DNA of 64,000 nucleotides from Candidatus Limnocylindrales bacterium (GCA_049521175.1 JBEKPB010000003.1:6704-70703), one strand, 5' to 3'. Positions 11,469 to 20,718 are shown, counted from the first letter of the stretch. A program made the numbers and translations. The notes: a model not told the origin generated them from the letters alone.

Positions 11469-12413
11469 ATGAAGGCTTTTGCACTCGAAAGCTCCGACCG
11501 ACCGGCCAGGATCATGGACATCCCGAAGCCGGAAGTCGGCGAAGCGGATGCGCTCGTCGCAGTCAAGGCCGCGAGCGTGAACGGCATCGATGTCTACCAG
11601 GCAATGGGCGCCTTGACCGGGATGATGGAGCACGCATTCCCCACCGTCGTCGGGCGCGACTTCGCGGGCACGGTTGAGTCGGCCGGACCGGGCTTCCGCG
11701 GCTTCGCCGTTGGCGACGCCGTCTTTGGGTTCATCCCGGCGATGCCGCCCCTCAAGAGCGGTGCGTTCGCGGAGTTCGTTCCAGGTGGACCGTCGGCCGT
11801 CCTTGCCCCGAAGCCGGCCGGCCTCGGCTTCAGTGAGGCTGCGGCGCTCCCGCTGGCGGGTTCGGCGGCGCTCGACCTGCTCGAGGCCATCGACGCGAGG
11901 AAGGGTGACATCGTGCTGATCGTCGGGGCCACCGGTGGCGTCGGCAGCTTCGCGGTTCAGTTGGCGGCGCAGCGTGGCCTCAAGGTCATCGCCACCGCGC
12001 TTCCGGACCAGGTCGAATACGTCCGCAGCCTTGGAGCCGCCGACACGATCGACTACTCGGCCGGCAACGTTGCGGCCGCCGTTCGCAGTCGCTATCCCGA
12101 CGGCATCGCGGCGCTCATCGATGTGGTGAATCGGAAGGAGACCCTGCCAGAGCTGACGTCGCTCGTCCGCCAGGACGGCCACGTCGCAACCCTGATGGGA
12201 GCGGCCGACGTCGAGCAGCTCGCGGCCAGTGGGATCAGCGGCACCAACGTGATGGCCGCTCCCACAGCCGAGAAGCTGCGGCTTCTCGCCGGCATGGCGG
12301 CCTCGGGAGAGCTGCGGGTTCAGATTCACGCCACCTTCCCGATCGATCGAGCGGACGAGGCGCTCCAGGCGTTCCAGGCTGGCACTCGCGGCAAGGTGAT
12401 CCTGGCCTTCTGA
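11469..12413 (+). CDS. Zinc-type alcohol dehydrogenase-like / NADPH:quinone oxidoreductase (MDR family)
   Basis: Trimmed to ATG (MKAFAL...) with GAGG RBS. GroES-like N-domain and Rossmann GATGGVGSFAVQLA motif. Confidence 0.8.
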   Translation: MKAFALESSDRPARIMDIPKPEVGEADALVAVKAASVNGIDVYQAMGALTGMMEHAFPTVVGRDFAGTVESAGPGFRGFAVGDAVFGFIPAMPPLKSGAFAEFVPGGPSAVLAPKPAGLGFSEAAALPLAGSAALDLLEAIDARKGDIVLIVGATGGVGSFAVQLAAQRGLKVIATALPDQVEYVRSLGAADTIDYSAGNVAAAVRSRYPDGIAALIDVVNRKETLPELTSLVRQDGHVATLMGAADVEQLAASGISGTNVMAAPTAEKLRLLAGMAASGELRVQIHATFPIDRADEALQAFQAGTRGKVILAF

Positions 12414-12594
12414 CCCGGCCGGACGCGTAAGCCCGACCTCCACGACAGACGCCGCCCCCTGATCGCGACCCCAAGCATTGCAATGATCGAAGAGGTGCTG
12501 CAGAGGGTGGCCCGAGTTCGGGCCAGCTGATCTCAAAGACGAGGGCCCACGGGAAGTCCGCGCGACGCCGCCGAAGGATCGGCAAGAATGGCGC

Positions 12595-13581
12595 ATGCAG
12601 TTTGCGATCTTCGCGCTCAGCGCCGCCACCAGCCTCGCCGCGAGCATGCTGCTCGTGACGCGTTTGGAGCGGGTCGGCGAGCGGATCGGAGTGTCCGAGG
12701 CGCTCCTCGGGTTGATGGCGGCACTCGCCGCAGATGGTCCCGAGATCACATCGGCGGTCACCGCCATCGCCAGCGGCCACAGCACGGTCGGCATCGGCGT
12801 GACCCTCGGCTCGAACGTCTTCAACCTGGCCGCGCTGCTTGGGTTGAGCGCCCTCATCGCCGGCCGCCTCGCCTTCCATCGGCGGGAGATCCTGCTCGAA
12901 GGCGCCGTCGGATTGTGGATGGCTCTTCTCAGCCTGGCGGTCGTGGCCGGATTGGTCGCGCCGGCGATCGGGCTCGTGCTCGCCCTGGTCGTCTTCGTCC
13001 CTTATCTCGTCGTCAGCGCGGAACCGCCGGCCGCCCGCGTTCGACTGCGCCTGCCGGCGCGGTGGGCCCTATGGCTGGCCCGCGCCCTGGCCGAGGAGGA
13101 GGCGGAGCTCGCCGTGGCAATCCGCCCGCAGCGCGGAGATTGGCGGGATGCGGGTCTGGCACTCCTCGCACTGGTCGTCGTGGTGGTGGCCAGTATCGTC
13201 ATGGAGGAGGGCGCGACAAACATGGGGGCAGCAGCCGGTCTGCCGCAGATCGTCGTGGGCGGTCTGATCCTCGCCGCCGTGACCAGCCTGCCCAACGCTG
13301 TCGCGGCGGTCTACCTGGCCTCGCGAGGACGTGGCTCGGCGACTCTGAGTGAGGCCTTCAACAGCAACGTCTTCAACGTGATCATCGGCTTGCTCGCCCC
13401 CGCCGCCATCCTGGGCCTGGCCAGCTCGGCCGGCGATGGGATCTTCGTGGCTGGGTCGTACCTCGCTATGACGTGTCTGGCCATCGCCCTTGCACTGTGG
13501 AGCAGAGGGCTGGATCGCCGCGGAGGCTCCGTCATCATCGTCGGCTATCTGGCCTTCGTGATCGGGGTCGCGGTCAGATAG
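12595..13581 (+). CDS. CaCA-family (Na+/Ca2+ exchanger-like, YrbG-type) membrane protein
   Basis: Two alpha-repeat regions with GSNVFNL / SNVFNVIIGL motifs and about 10 TM helices. Confidence 0.75.
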   Translation: MQFAIFALSAATSLAASMLLVTRLERVGERIGVSEALLGLMAALAADGPEITSAVTAIASGHSTVGIGVTLGSNVFNLAALLGLSALIAGRLAFHRREILLEGAVGLWMALLSLAVVAGLVAPAIGLVLALVVFVPYLVVSAEPPAARVRLRLPARWALWLARALAEEEAELAVAIRPQRGDWRDAGLALLALVVVVVASIVMEEGATNMGAAAGLPQIVVGGLILAAVTSLPNAVAAVYLASRGRGSATLSEAFNSNVFNVIIGLLAPAAILGLASSAGDGIFVAGSYLAMTCLAIALALWSRGLDRRGGSVIIVGYLAFVIGVAVR

Positions 13582-13803
13582 CAGGCAGGAGGTCCCGCTC
13601 AGGCGCGGAGCGGCGTGGAGATCCACCTCCGCCGACGCCTCTCCAGGCCGTCGATGGAGCCCTCCCGACCACGACGACTATGGAACCAAAGGATCTCCGC
13701 CGGCCCGCCGCGAAGCATTGCCATCGCGAGCGCCTACGGCTGCCGTGGGTTGAGACTCAGCGAAGGCGGGCGATTCTGCCGGTCGCGAACTCGGACGAAC
13801 AGG

Positions 13804-13822
13804 CGGGTTCTCATCCTCGCGG
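13804..13822 (+). promoter_or_regulatory. Copy 1 of recurrent intergenic motif cGGGTTcTCATCCTCGCGG
   Basis: One-mismatch copy of an 18-mer found exactly at 19000 and 20180; about 80 nt upstream of the CsbD-like start. Confidence 0.4.
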
Positions 13823-13901
13823 CCGGGCCGGAACCAGCCTAGCCTCGAGACAGGCGTGGAGACTCAGGACTGACGCCGGCGCCACGGCTACGGAGAACCG
13901 A

Positions 13902-14076
13902 GATGACGGACGAGCACACCAAAGGCTCCATCAATAGAGCCCGGGGCAACCTGGTAGAAGGGTTCGGCAGGTTAACCGGCAGCAGGCGGATGCAAGTCAA
14001 AGGCAAAGCAAGGCAGGCCCTGGGAGATGCACAGCACGGCCTCGGCAAGATCCAGAACGCCATCCGACGGCCCTGA
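13902..14076 (+). pseudogene. CsbD-family general stress protein gene, apparently disrupted by a +1 frameshift
   Basis: From ATG 13902 the frame gives MTDEHTKGSINRARGNLVEGFGRLTG, a CsbD-like KG..G..G.LTG pattern. The +1 frame from about 13975 gives SRRMQVKGKARQALGDAQHGLGKIQNAIRRP ending at TGA 14074-14076. A single extra A in ggcAagc separates the two halves; without it the ORF would be 57 aa. Confidence 0.4.
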
Positions 14077-14098
14077 TCCATTGACCTTGCCGCTGGCT

Positions 14099-14139
14099 CG
14101 CAATCGCAGGCGGCACCACTAGTCTGGCGTGCGATTGCG
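14099..14139. terminator. Stem-loop (10-bp perfect stem CGCAATCGCA / TGCGATTGCG, 21-nt loop) downstream of the CsbD-like gene
   Basis: Inverted repeat seen directly; there is no T-tract, as is common in high-GC bacteria. Confidence 0.35.
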
Positions 14140-14276
14140 GGGATGCGTGCACGGCAATGGCGAGAACGTGGCCTATGAAGTTCTCGAGGCTCCCGGTCGA
14201 GGGGCAAGACACTTTGGGATAACTCGACTGAGTCCCGCTCGGTACGCGGAGAGCACAGAAAGCTAGGAATCAACCG

Positions 14277-14834
14277 ATGACCACCTGGAATCTGGATCCT
14301 GCCCATTCACAGATCGAGTTCGCCGTCAGGCACATGATGGTCACGACGGTGCGCGGCCAGTTCCACAAGTTCGCGGTCGCGGTGGACTTCGACGAGGCGA
14401 ACCCGGAGCGCTCGACGGTCGAGGCGCATATCGACGCATCGAGCATCGAAACGGGGGTGGAGGCCCGCGATGCGCACCTTCGGAGTCCGGACTTCCTCGA
14501 CACTGCCACGTACCCGGAACTCGCCTTCCGCAGCACGCACATCGAGCGGGGCGACGACGGCTACAAGATAGACGGCGATCTGACGATGCACGGAGAGACG
14601 CGGCAAGTGACGCTGGACGCCGAGATCGGCGGCGTCGTACCGAATATGCAGGGCGGGCGCCGCGCCGGCTTCTCCGCGTCCACGAAGATCAGCCGCAAGG
14701 CATGGGGGCTCACCTGGAACGGCGCGCTCGAGACCGGCGGCGTCCTCGTCGGCGACGACGTCAAGATCACGATGGACCTGGCCGTCCTGCAGGCAGAAGC
14801 GGCTGCTCCGAAAGCGGCGGCCGGCGCCGCCTGA
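14277..14834 (+). CDS. YceI-family protein
   Basis: WNLDPAHSQIEFAVRHMMVTTVRGQF...LTMHGETRQVTLD, a canonical YceI-like lipocalin fold signature. Confidence 0.8.
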   Translation: MTTWNLDPAHSQIEFAVRHMMVTTVRGQFHKFAVAVDFDEANPERSTVEAHIDASSIETGVEARDAHLRSPDFLDTATYPELAFRSTHIERGDDGYKIDGDLTMHGETRQVTLDAEIGGVVPNMQGGRRAGFSASTKISRKAWGLTWNGALETGGVLVGDDVKITMDLAVLQAEAAAPKAAAGAA

Positions 14835-15064
14835 GGCACGAAGGGCAGGAAATCTGCCGCGATGCCGTCTCCCACGAACTTCGCCCTGCCGCTCGCGGGT
14901 GGCGCGGCTGCGGATTGAGTCGAAGCCGACGGGTCGATGAGCATCGTGGCGACCGATGGCGCGGAGACATCCCCAGCCAGGCGTCGACGGGCCAGGTCAC
15001 GTCGACCCATCTGATCGGCGAGCCCAAGCAGGCGAACGCGGCCTGAGGAGACGAAACCGTCGGG

Positions 15065-15673
15065 CTAGCGATCCCCTTCGATCCAGCCCTGTTTTTGGGC
15101 GACGCGCACGAGCGAGGTCCGGCTCGTCACGTCGTAGCGGTCGAACATCCGCCGGAGCTGGCTTTCGATGGTCTTCACTCGCAGCGACAGCTGTTCGCCG
15201 ACCTCGGCGTTGCTGAGGCCCTCCGCCACGAGGGCCAGGATCTGGGCCTCGCGAGGCGTCGGCGGGCGGAGCGCCGTGCGCGCCGAACGGCGGACGACGT
15301 CGGGAAAGGCGCTGCCGCCGGCAGCGACCTTGCGCACGGCCGTGAGAATCTCCTGGATGGCCGCCATCTTCGAGAGGTAGCCCTTCGCTCCGTGCTCCAT
15401 CGCGGCCGCGTAGAAGCTCGGGTACGAGTACGCGCTCAGCATGATGAATGCGGGGCCAGGCGTGTGCCGCGCGAGGATCTCCAGCCCGTCCACGGTCTCG
15501 CCCAGGCGGATGTCGCACAGAACGACGTCCGGGTGCCGGGTCTCGATCAGACGATCGGCCTCGACTGCATCCCGGGCCGTCCCCACGACGGTAACGTCGA
15601 GCTCGCCGCGCATCAAGGCGGTGAGACCCTCGGCGATGGCGGGATGATCCTCGACGATCCCCAGCCGGATCAC
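15065..15673 (-). CDS. NarL/FixJ (LuxR)-family response regulator
   Basis: REC domain (D...DVVLCDIRLG) plus C-terminal LuxR HTH (REAQILALVAEGLSNAEVGEQLSLRVKTIESQL). The start overlaps the kinase stop by 4 nt. Confidence 0.85.
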   Translation of the reverse strand: MIRLGIVEDHPAIAEGLTALMRGELDVTVVGTARDAVEADRLIETRHPDVVLCDIRLGETVDGLEILARHTPGPAFIMLSAYSYPSFYAAAMEHGAKGYLSKMAAIQEILTAVRKVAAGGSAFPDVVRRSARTALRPPTPREAQILALVAEGLSNAEVGEQLSLRVKTIESQLRRMFDRYDVTSRTSLVRVAQKQGWIEGDR

Positions 15674-18600
15674 GCTTCAAGCTCCCCTTCGGGCCGGGGA
15701 CTTCGGGCAAGCCGCTTGCCGATCGGGAGCCGGACCACGATCACAGTGCCCTCACCGAGACTCGACGCGGCGTCGATCGACCCGCCATGCGCAGTCACGA
15801 TCTCGCGCGCCAGGTAGAGACCCAGACCGAGACCCGCGGAGGCTTTCTGCCCGAGCCGTGCGTATGGCTGGAAAAGCTGTGGCAGCACGTTGCTCGCGAT
15901 CCCGGGGCCATGGTCGCGGACTTCGACGACGGCGACCGAGCCGGATCGACGCACGATCACGTCGATTGCCGACGTCGCCGCATGCTCGACAGCATTTGCG
16001 AGCAGGTTGACGAAAACCTGCTCGATCCGACCGGCATCCGCGCGAACCCAGATCGGTCCGCGAGTCCGGGCCAAGCGGATCGGCGGGGCCTTCGGCAACG
16101 TCTCGGCAACGTCGATGGCGTCGCACACGACCGCAACCAGATCGATGGTAGTGGCGACCAGCTCCAACCGTCCGGCCTGGATGCGACTCACATCGAAGAG
16201 ACGCTCGACGAGATCCCCGATCTTCCTCGTTTGCGCAAGTGCGCGGGCCGTGTAAGCACGGGCCTCCGTGGTGCCATGCGGGTCGAGATACCGCTCCACG
16301 AGCTGGAGGTACCCATGCAGGGCGGCCACCGGGGTCTTGAGCTCGTGGCCCGCCGCGGCCATCAACCGCTCCAGGCTCAGCCGCATTGTGCGCTCTGACA
16401 GATCGCGGATCGCCAGCACCCCGCCCCAGGTTCGGTCGCCGGCGGTGAGCGGTTCGGCCACGGCCTCGAACCAGCGCCGGGTCCCGCCGGCTTGGGACAC
16501 CGCGAACTCCATGCGAAACCGTTCGCCACGAGCCGCCCGTTGCTGCGGCCGGTCGGCGGGCGGAATGGGCAGCCCGGCAACATCCTCAGGCTCGACCTCG
16601 GCCCCACCGAAGAGTCGATCGTAGGCGTCGTTTGTCACCACGATCTGGCCGTCGTGGTCGACTGCGACGACGGCGTCGCCGAGGCTCGCGAGGATCGACC
16701 GCAGACGATCGTGCTCCTCCTGCAGGCTCAACTTCTGCTGCTCGAGCGCGACCGTCTGGAGACTGAGCTCGTCGGTGCGCGTGGCCAGATCCTCGTTCGC
16801 AACCCGGAGCTCCTCGACGCTCGCGGTCAGCTCCTCGTTGAGCGTTTCGAGTTCCTCGTTGGTGGCCTGGAACTCCTCGTTGACTGTTTCCACTTCCTCG
16901 CGCGTGGCCTGTGCGTCCTCACTGGCCAGGAGCATCGCTTCGTTCGCTATCCGCAGTTCTGCGACCAGGGCGGTCAACTCCTCATTCGCCCGAAGGACCC
17001 GTCCGTTCGTGGCGACGGCTTTCTCGAGTCGCTCCCGTGTCCGGACGCCGGCGCGACGCTCGTGCTCGAGCCTGGTCGCGTCCGTCAGCTCGATGACGGC
17101 GCCATCGATCCCGCGTGTCTCGGCGCGGTATGGGCGGACGGTAGCTTCGACGAAATGGGTCGTCTCGCTCGCCGCGTCCGCTGGCTCCACCTCGAATACG
17201 CCCGAGGTCGTCTTGCCGGTCAGCGCGGAGTCGATTGCCGCGCGGATCGCGCTGGGTGGAAGAACTTCCGCAAGATGGATGAAGTCCTGATCGTAGGCCG
17301 TGCCGTGAATCCCGAGCATCTGGCGTGCGGCGGAATTGATGCGCGTGATGTAGTAGCGAGGGTCGACGACCACGACGCCGACGGTCAGGTTCAGGAGCAG
17401 GCTGTCCGCCGACGCCGACGATTCCGCCACTTGCCGGACGTCGCGGCGCGTGACTCGGATGGCCTCGTCCAGATTCGACCCCTCGCCCCGTCGCGGACGG
17501 AGCACGGCCGGTCGCATTGGTGGGATCGCGTAGCTCCCGGGCAGCCGGCGATAGATACGCAGCCGCGCTTGATCCTCTTCGAATGGGTCGGGCAGGGCCA
17601 TGACGGTCTCAGACGTGCCAAGGACCAGCCGACCGCCGGGCCGCAACGAGAACGCGAAGGTCTCGAGGGCGACCCGCTGCATGAGCGCGGTGAAGTAGAT
17701 CAGCACGTTTCGGCAGAGAAGCAGATCGATCCGCGGGAAGGGCACTCGCTCGCCGAGATCGTGCTCGCCGAAGACCATCAACGCGCGCAGTCGCTTGGCG
17801 ACCTCGTAGCCACCATCCGACTTGACGAAATAGCGGTCCAGAGCGCCTGCGGGCAGGCCCTTGAGGGCGGTGGGTGGATAGATCCCCCTTCGGGCAAACG
17901 CGATGGCCTCGCCGTCGATATCCGTAGCGAAGATCCGCACGTCCGGCCAGGCCTGCTCCTCTCCGAGAGCTTCGGCAACGATGATGGCCAGCGAGTAGGC
18001 CTCTTCGCCGGTGGAACAGCCGGCCGACCAAATGCGGAGCTCCCGCCCATCACGCCTCGCCTCCGCAATGAGCTCGGGGAGGACATGCTCGCGCAGGTAC
18101 TCGAAGAGCTTCGGGTCCCGGAAGAACTCCGTGACCTTGATCAAGAGACTGTTGACCAGCCGCGCGTACTCCTCCGGGTTGGTCTCGAGATATGCCGCGT
18201 ACCCTGCGAGCGTTGGACGGGACGTGGCTTTCATCCGGCCATGCAACCGCCGAAGGATGGTGGCCGGCTTGTAGCTGCCGAAGTGGATGCCGCTTCGCTC
18301 GTGTATCCGTTTGAGCAGCTCGCGGAGCTCATCGTCGTCGCGCCCCGCTGCGGCAGAGGAGCCGGCCGCGAGCAAATCGCAAACGATCGACCCGATCGAG
18401 TCGAGATCGGCCGTCGCGTCGACCAGCGACGAGGGTATAGAACTTGGCATGGACGGGAACATCGCCGTCGCGGGATTCTCGATGACGACGGCTCCGCCCG
18501 CTTGCTTCACGTGCCACGCTCCCGCGGATCCGTCCGACCCGCTGCCGGTCAGGATCACGGCGATGAGGCCGGGACCGAAGATGCCGGCCGCGCTCTCGAG

Positions 18601-18939
18601 CAAGACGTCTATCGAGGGTGCAACCGCACCGGGCCTTGCCGCATGGAGGCGCAGGTCGCCCTGGCTGATGTCCACGAGCCGGTTCGAAGGAACGACGAAG
18701 ATCACGCCATTCTCGAGAACCTCGCGCTCCTCGACCACTCGAACGGGCAGCGTCGCATGACGGGCGAGAATCTCGTGAAGATGACTGGGGCGGCGGGGAT
18801 CGAGATGCTGAGCGATCACGATGGGCGCCGGGAAGTCGGCCGGCAGGCTGGCTACGACGCGCGACAGCGCCTCGATTCCGCCCGCCGATGAACCGATCAC
18901 GACGAGCTGGGATTCCGCTGGTACCGCTTGTGTCGCCAC
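15670..18939 (-). CDS. CheB methylesterase - CheR methyltransferase - coiled coil - PAS - HisKA - HATPase_c fusion sensor kinase
   Basis: N-terminal CheB-like catalytic domain (VVIGSSAGGIEAL...GSGSDGSAG). CheR SAM-methyltransferase block (IWSAGCSTGEEAYSLA...LLCRNVLIYF). Long heptad coiled coil, PAS, H-box (AGHELKTPVAAL) and ATPase G-boxes. Confidence 0.85.
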   Translation of the reverse strand: MATQAVPAESQLVVIGSSAGGIEALSRVVASLPADFPAPIVIAQHLDPRRPSHLHEILARHATLPVRVVEEREVLENGVIFVVPSNRLVDISQGDLRLHAARPGAVAPSIDVLLESAAGIFGPGLIAVILTGSGSDGSAGAWHVKQAGGAVVIENPATAMFPSMPSSIPSSLVDATADLDSIGSIVCDLLAAGSSAAAGRDDDELRELLKRIHERSGIHFGSYKPATILRRLHGRMKATSRPTLAGYAAYLETNPEEYARLVNSLLIKVTEFFRDPKLFEYLREHVLPELIAEARRDGRELRIWSAGCSTGEEAYSLAIIVAEALGEEQAWPDVRIFATDIDGEAIAFARRGIYPPTALKGLPAGALDRYFVKSDGGYEVAKRLRALMVFGEHDLGERVPFPRIDLLLCRNVLIYFTALMQRVALETFAFSLRPGGRLVLGTSETVMALPDPFEEDQARLRIYRRLPGSYAIPPMRPAVLRPRRGEGSNLDEAIRVTRRDVRQVAESSASADSLLLNLTVGVVVVDPRYYITRINSAARQMLGIHGTAYDQDFIHLAEVLPPSAIRAAIDSALTGKTTSGVFEVEPADAASETTHFVEATVRPYRAETRGIDGAVIELTDATRLEHERRAGVRTRERLEKAVATNGRVLRANEELTALVAELRIANEAMLLASEDAQATREEVETVNEEFQATNEELETLNEELTASVEELRVANEDLATRTDELSLQTVALEQQKLSLQEEHDRLRSILASLGDAVVAVDHDGQIVVTNDAYDRLFGGAEVEPEDVAGLPIPPADRPQQRAARGERFRMEFAVSQAGGTRRWFEAVAEPLTAGDRTWGGVLAIRDLSERTMRLSLERLMAAAGHELKTPVAALHGYLQLVERYLDPHGTTEARAYTARALAQTRKIGDLVERLFDVSRIQAGRLELVATTIDLVAVVCDAIDVAETLPKAPPIRLARTRGPIWVRADAGRIEQVFVNLLANAVEHAATSAIDVIVRRSGSVAVVEVRDHGPGIASNVLPQLFQPYARLGQKASAGLGLGLYLAREIVTAHGGSIDAASSLGEGTVIVVRLPIGKRLARSPRPEGELEA

Positions 18940-18997
18940 GATGTCCGCATTCTAGGGTCGGCGACCAAGTCGCGCGATCGCCCGACTTGATTGCCCT

Positions 18998-19017
18998 CGG
19001 GGTTTTCATCCTCGCGG
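18998..19017 (+). promoter_or_regulatory. Copy 2 of recurrent motif cGGGGTTTTCATCCTCGCGG
   Basis: Exact 18-mer GGGTTTTCATCCTCGCGG; about 180 nt upstream of the Cys-repeat protein gene and in the divergent promoter region shared with the CheBR kinase. Confidence 0.4.
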
Positions 19018-19194
19018 AAGGATCGAAGCAGAGGCACCATCTGGTCCGTGTTCCGGGCGCATCAGAAGCCATAACCGATGAGACGACCACCAGGCCGTCA
19101 CGCAGAGGCTAACGGTGACCCCGGGCGGTAGACCCAACGGACGGACGGTCGTGGCACCACCGCGACGACGCTCGACCCAACAGCAGGTGGCTTC

Positions 19195-20067
19195 ATGCAT
19201 CGATCCTTGACCTTCCTCTTGCGGGGCGTGTTCGCGTTCGCGTTGCTGGCACCCGCAGCGATGATCACCACCACGCCTGTGGCTGCCGCGACGATCGCCG
19301 CGACCACGTCGTGCAGCAACGGTGTCGACAACACCGGCGGCCTGGGCCTGATCTGTCAGGTCACCGTCGTGAACACGATCACGGGAACCGGCGGATCCGC
19401 GACGGTAACGGTCCACGAGTGTCACGGCGCCGCAGGCGATCCGACGGCGGCCTGCACGGACACGACCACCTCCCTCACCTCGCCGGTCACCGCAGTCACG
19501 CAGTGCAACGACTCGATCAACGGCGGTGGCGGCACGCTCCGGTGCAGCGTCCTGATCACGAACAACTTCGTCGGCGTCAGTCCCGGTTCGACGGCCGCTA
19601 CGGTCAACCAGTGCGTCGGTTCGGGCGGTGGCATCACGACCGGCTGCGATCCCTTCCCGGCCACCACGACGGGCGCGGCCATCACGCAATGCAATGGCTC
19701 CGCCAACGGCGGGACGCTCGTGGGCCTGACATGCACAGCGACCGGCACGATGGCCTCAGCCGCGAGTGTCACGATCAACCAGTGCAACGGCTCCGCCAAC
19801 GGCGGTGGCGCCCTTGTCATCTGCTCCGCCAGCCTAGTCAACAACGCGGTCGCGGGCCCGACGGCCTCGCCCGGAGCGTCCGTGACATCGGCGCCGGGAG
19901 CGTCCGCGACACCGGCGCCGGGAGCGTCCGTGACACCGGCGCCAACCAGCACCGTCAGCGATGGTTCGAGCAGCCCGACACCTTTGTTCGGGCTGATGAT
20001 CCTCCTCGCGTTGAGCGCGTTCGGTCTGGTGGCAGTCGTGACGCAGCGACGGAGCATCCGCCGCTAG
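19195..20067 (+). CDS. Secreted repetitive protein with tandem two-Cys repeats and a C-terminal TM/basic anchor
   Basis: Signal peptide. Five tandem ~30-aa repeats of the form (T/S)QCN(G/D)S(A/I)NGG(G)(T/A)L..C.. each with two Cys. Then a PAPGAS low-complexity spacer and a C-terminal PTPLFGLMILLALSAFGLVAVVTQRRSIRR. Confidence 0.6.
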   Translation: MHRSLTFLLRGVFAFALLAPAAMITTTPVAAATIAATTSCSNGVDNTGGLGLICQVTVVNTITGTGGSATVTVHECHGAAGDPTAACTDTTTSLTSPVTAVTQCNDSINGGGGTLRCSVLITNNFVGVSPGSTAATVNQCVGSGGGITTGCDPFPATTTGAAITQCNGSANGGTLVGLTCTATGTMASAASVTINQCNGSANGGGALVICSASLVNNAVAGPTASPGASVTSAPGASATPAPGASVTPAPTSTVSDGSSSPTPLFGLMILLALSAFGLVAVVTQRRSIRR

Positions 20068-20178
20068 CCAATCCGAGGTCGCCTCAAGCGACCGCTACAG
20101 CCCCTGACCGCGATCGACGGGCCGCTCCCTCGGCCCGTCGATCCATTTGCGCGGGGTCCGGTCGGCCGCCGCACCGAT

Positions 20179-20197
20179 CGGGTTTTCATCCTCGCGG
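20179..20197 (+). promoter_or_regulatory. Copy 3 of recurrent motif cGGGTTTTCATCCTCGCGG
   Basis: Exact 18-mer, about 110 nt upstream of the YggT-like gene. Confidence 0.4.
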
Positions 20198-20304
20198 CGC
20201 GCGGAGACCATGGCGCAGTATCTGATCGCGACCACGGATCAACGGCTCCATCGGCTGTACAGCCGGGTGCAGGTCCATCGTCCGTCGCCGGGAAGAAGAC
20301 CACC

Positions 20305-20718
20305 GTGACAGTTCAGGAACAGCGGAGCGTCACCACGGACGCGCCGACCACCACCGAGTCCGGTGGCTTGACCAACCGGACCGTAACCAGCCGCCAGCTC
20401 GACGTTAGGCCCAGCAACAACGAGACAGCCCGCCGCATCGTCGTCCTCGTCTTCGGTCTGATCCAGATCGTGATCGGCCTGAGGATCGTCCTGCTGCTTC
20501 TCGACGCCCGAGAAGGCAACCTTCTCGTCTCAATCATCAACAACGTGGGCGGGGTCTTGGCCGCGCCGTTCCAGGGGATCCTGCGCATCAGCGCCGTTTC
20601 GGCCGGAGGCTCGGTGCTCGATGTCGCCGCAGTCGTGGCTCTTGTCGGGTGGACGCTCATCGAGCTCATCGCGATCTGGAGCCTGGGCATCTTCCGGCGC
20701 GAGCACTCCGTCGCCTAG
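20305..20718 (+). CDS. YggT-family membrane protein with extended N-terminal tail
   Basis: C-terminal 70 aa (LRIVLLLLDAREGNLLVSIINNVGGVLAAPFQGILRI...GGSVLDVAAVVALVGWTLIE) match the YggT/Ycf19 pattern (R.LLSW...P..R...P.GG.D.SP.VA). GTG start; the true start may be further downstream. Confidence 0.5.
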   Translation: MTVQEQRSVTTDAPTTTESGGLTNRTVTSRQLDVRPSNNETARRIVVLVFGLIQIVIGLRIVLLLLDAREGNLLVSIINNVGGVLAAPFQGILRISAVSAGGSVLDVAAVVALVGWTLIELIAIWSLGIFRREHSVA

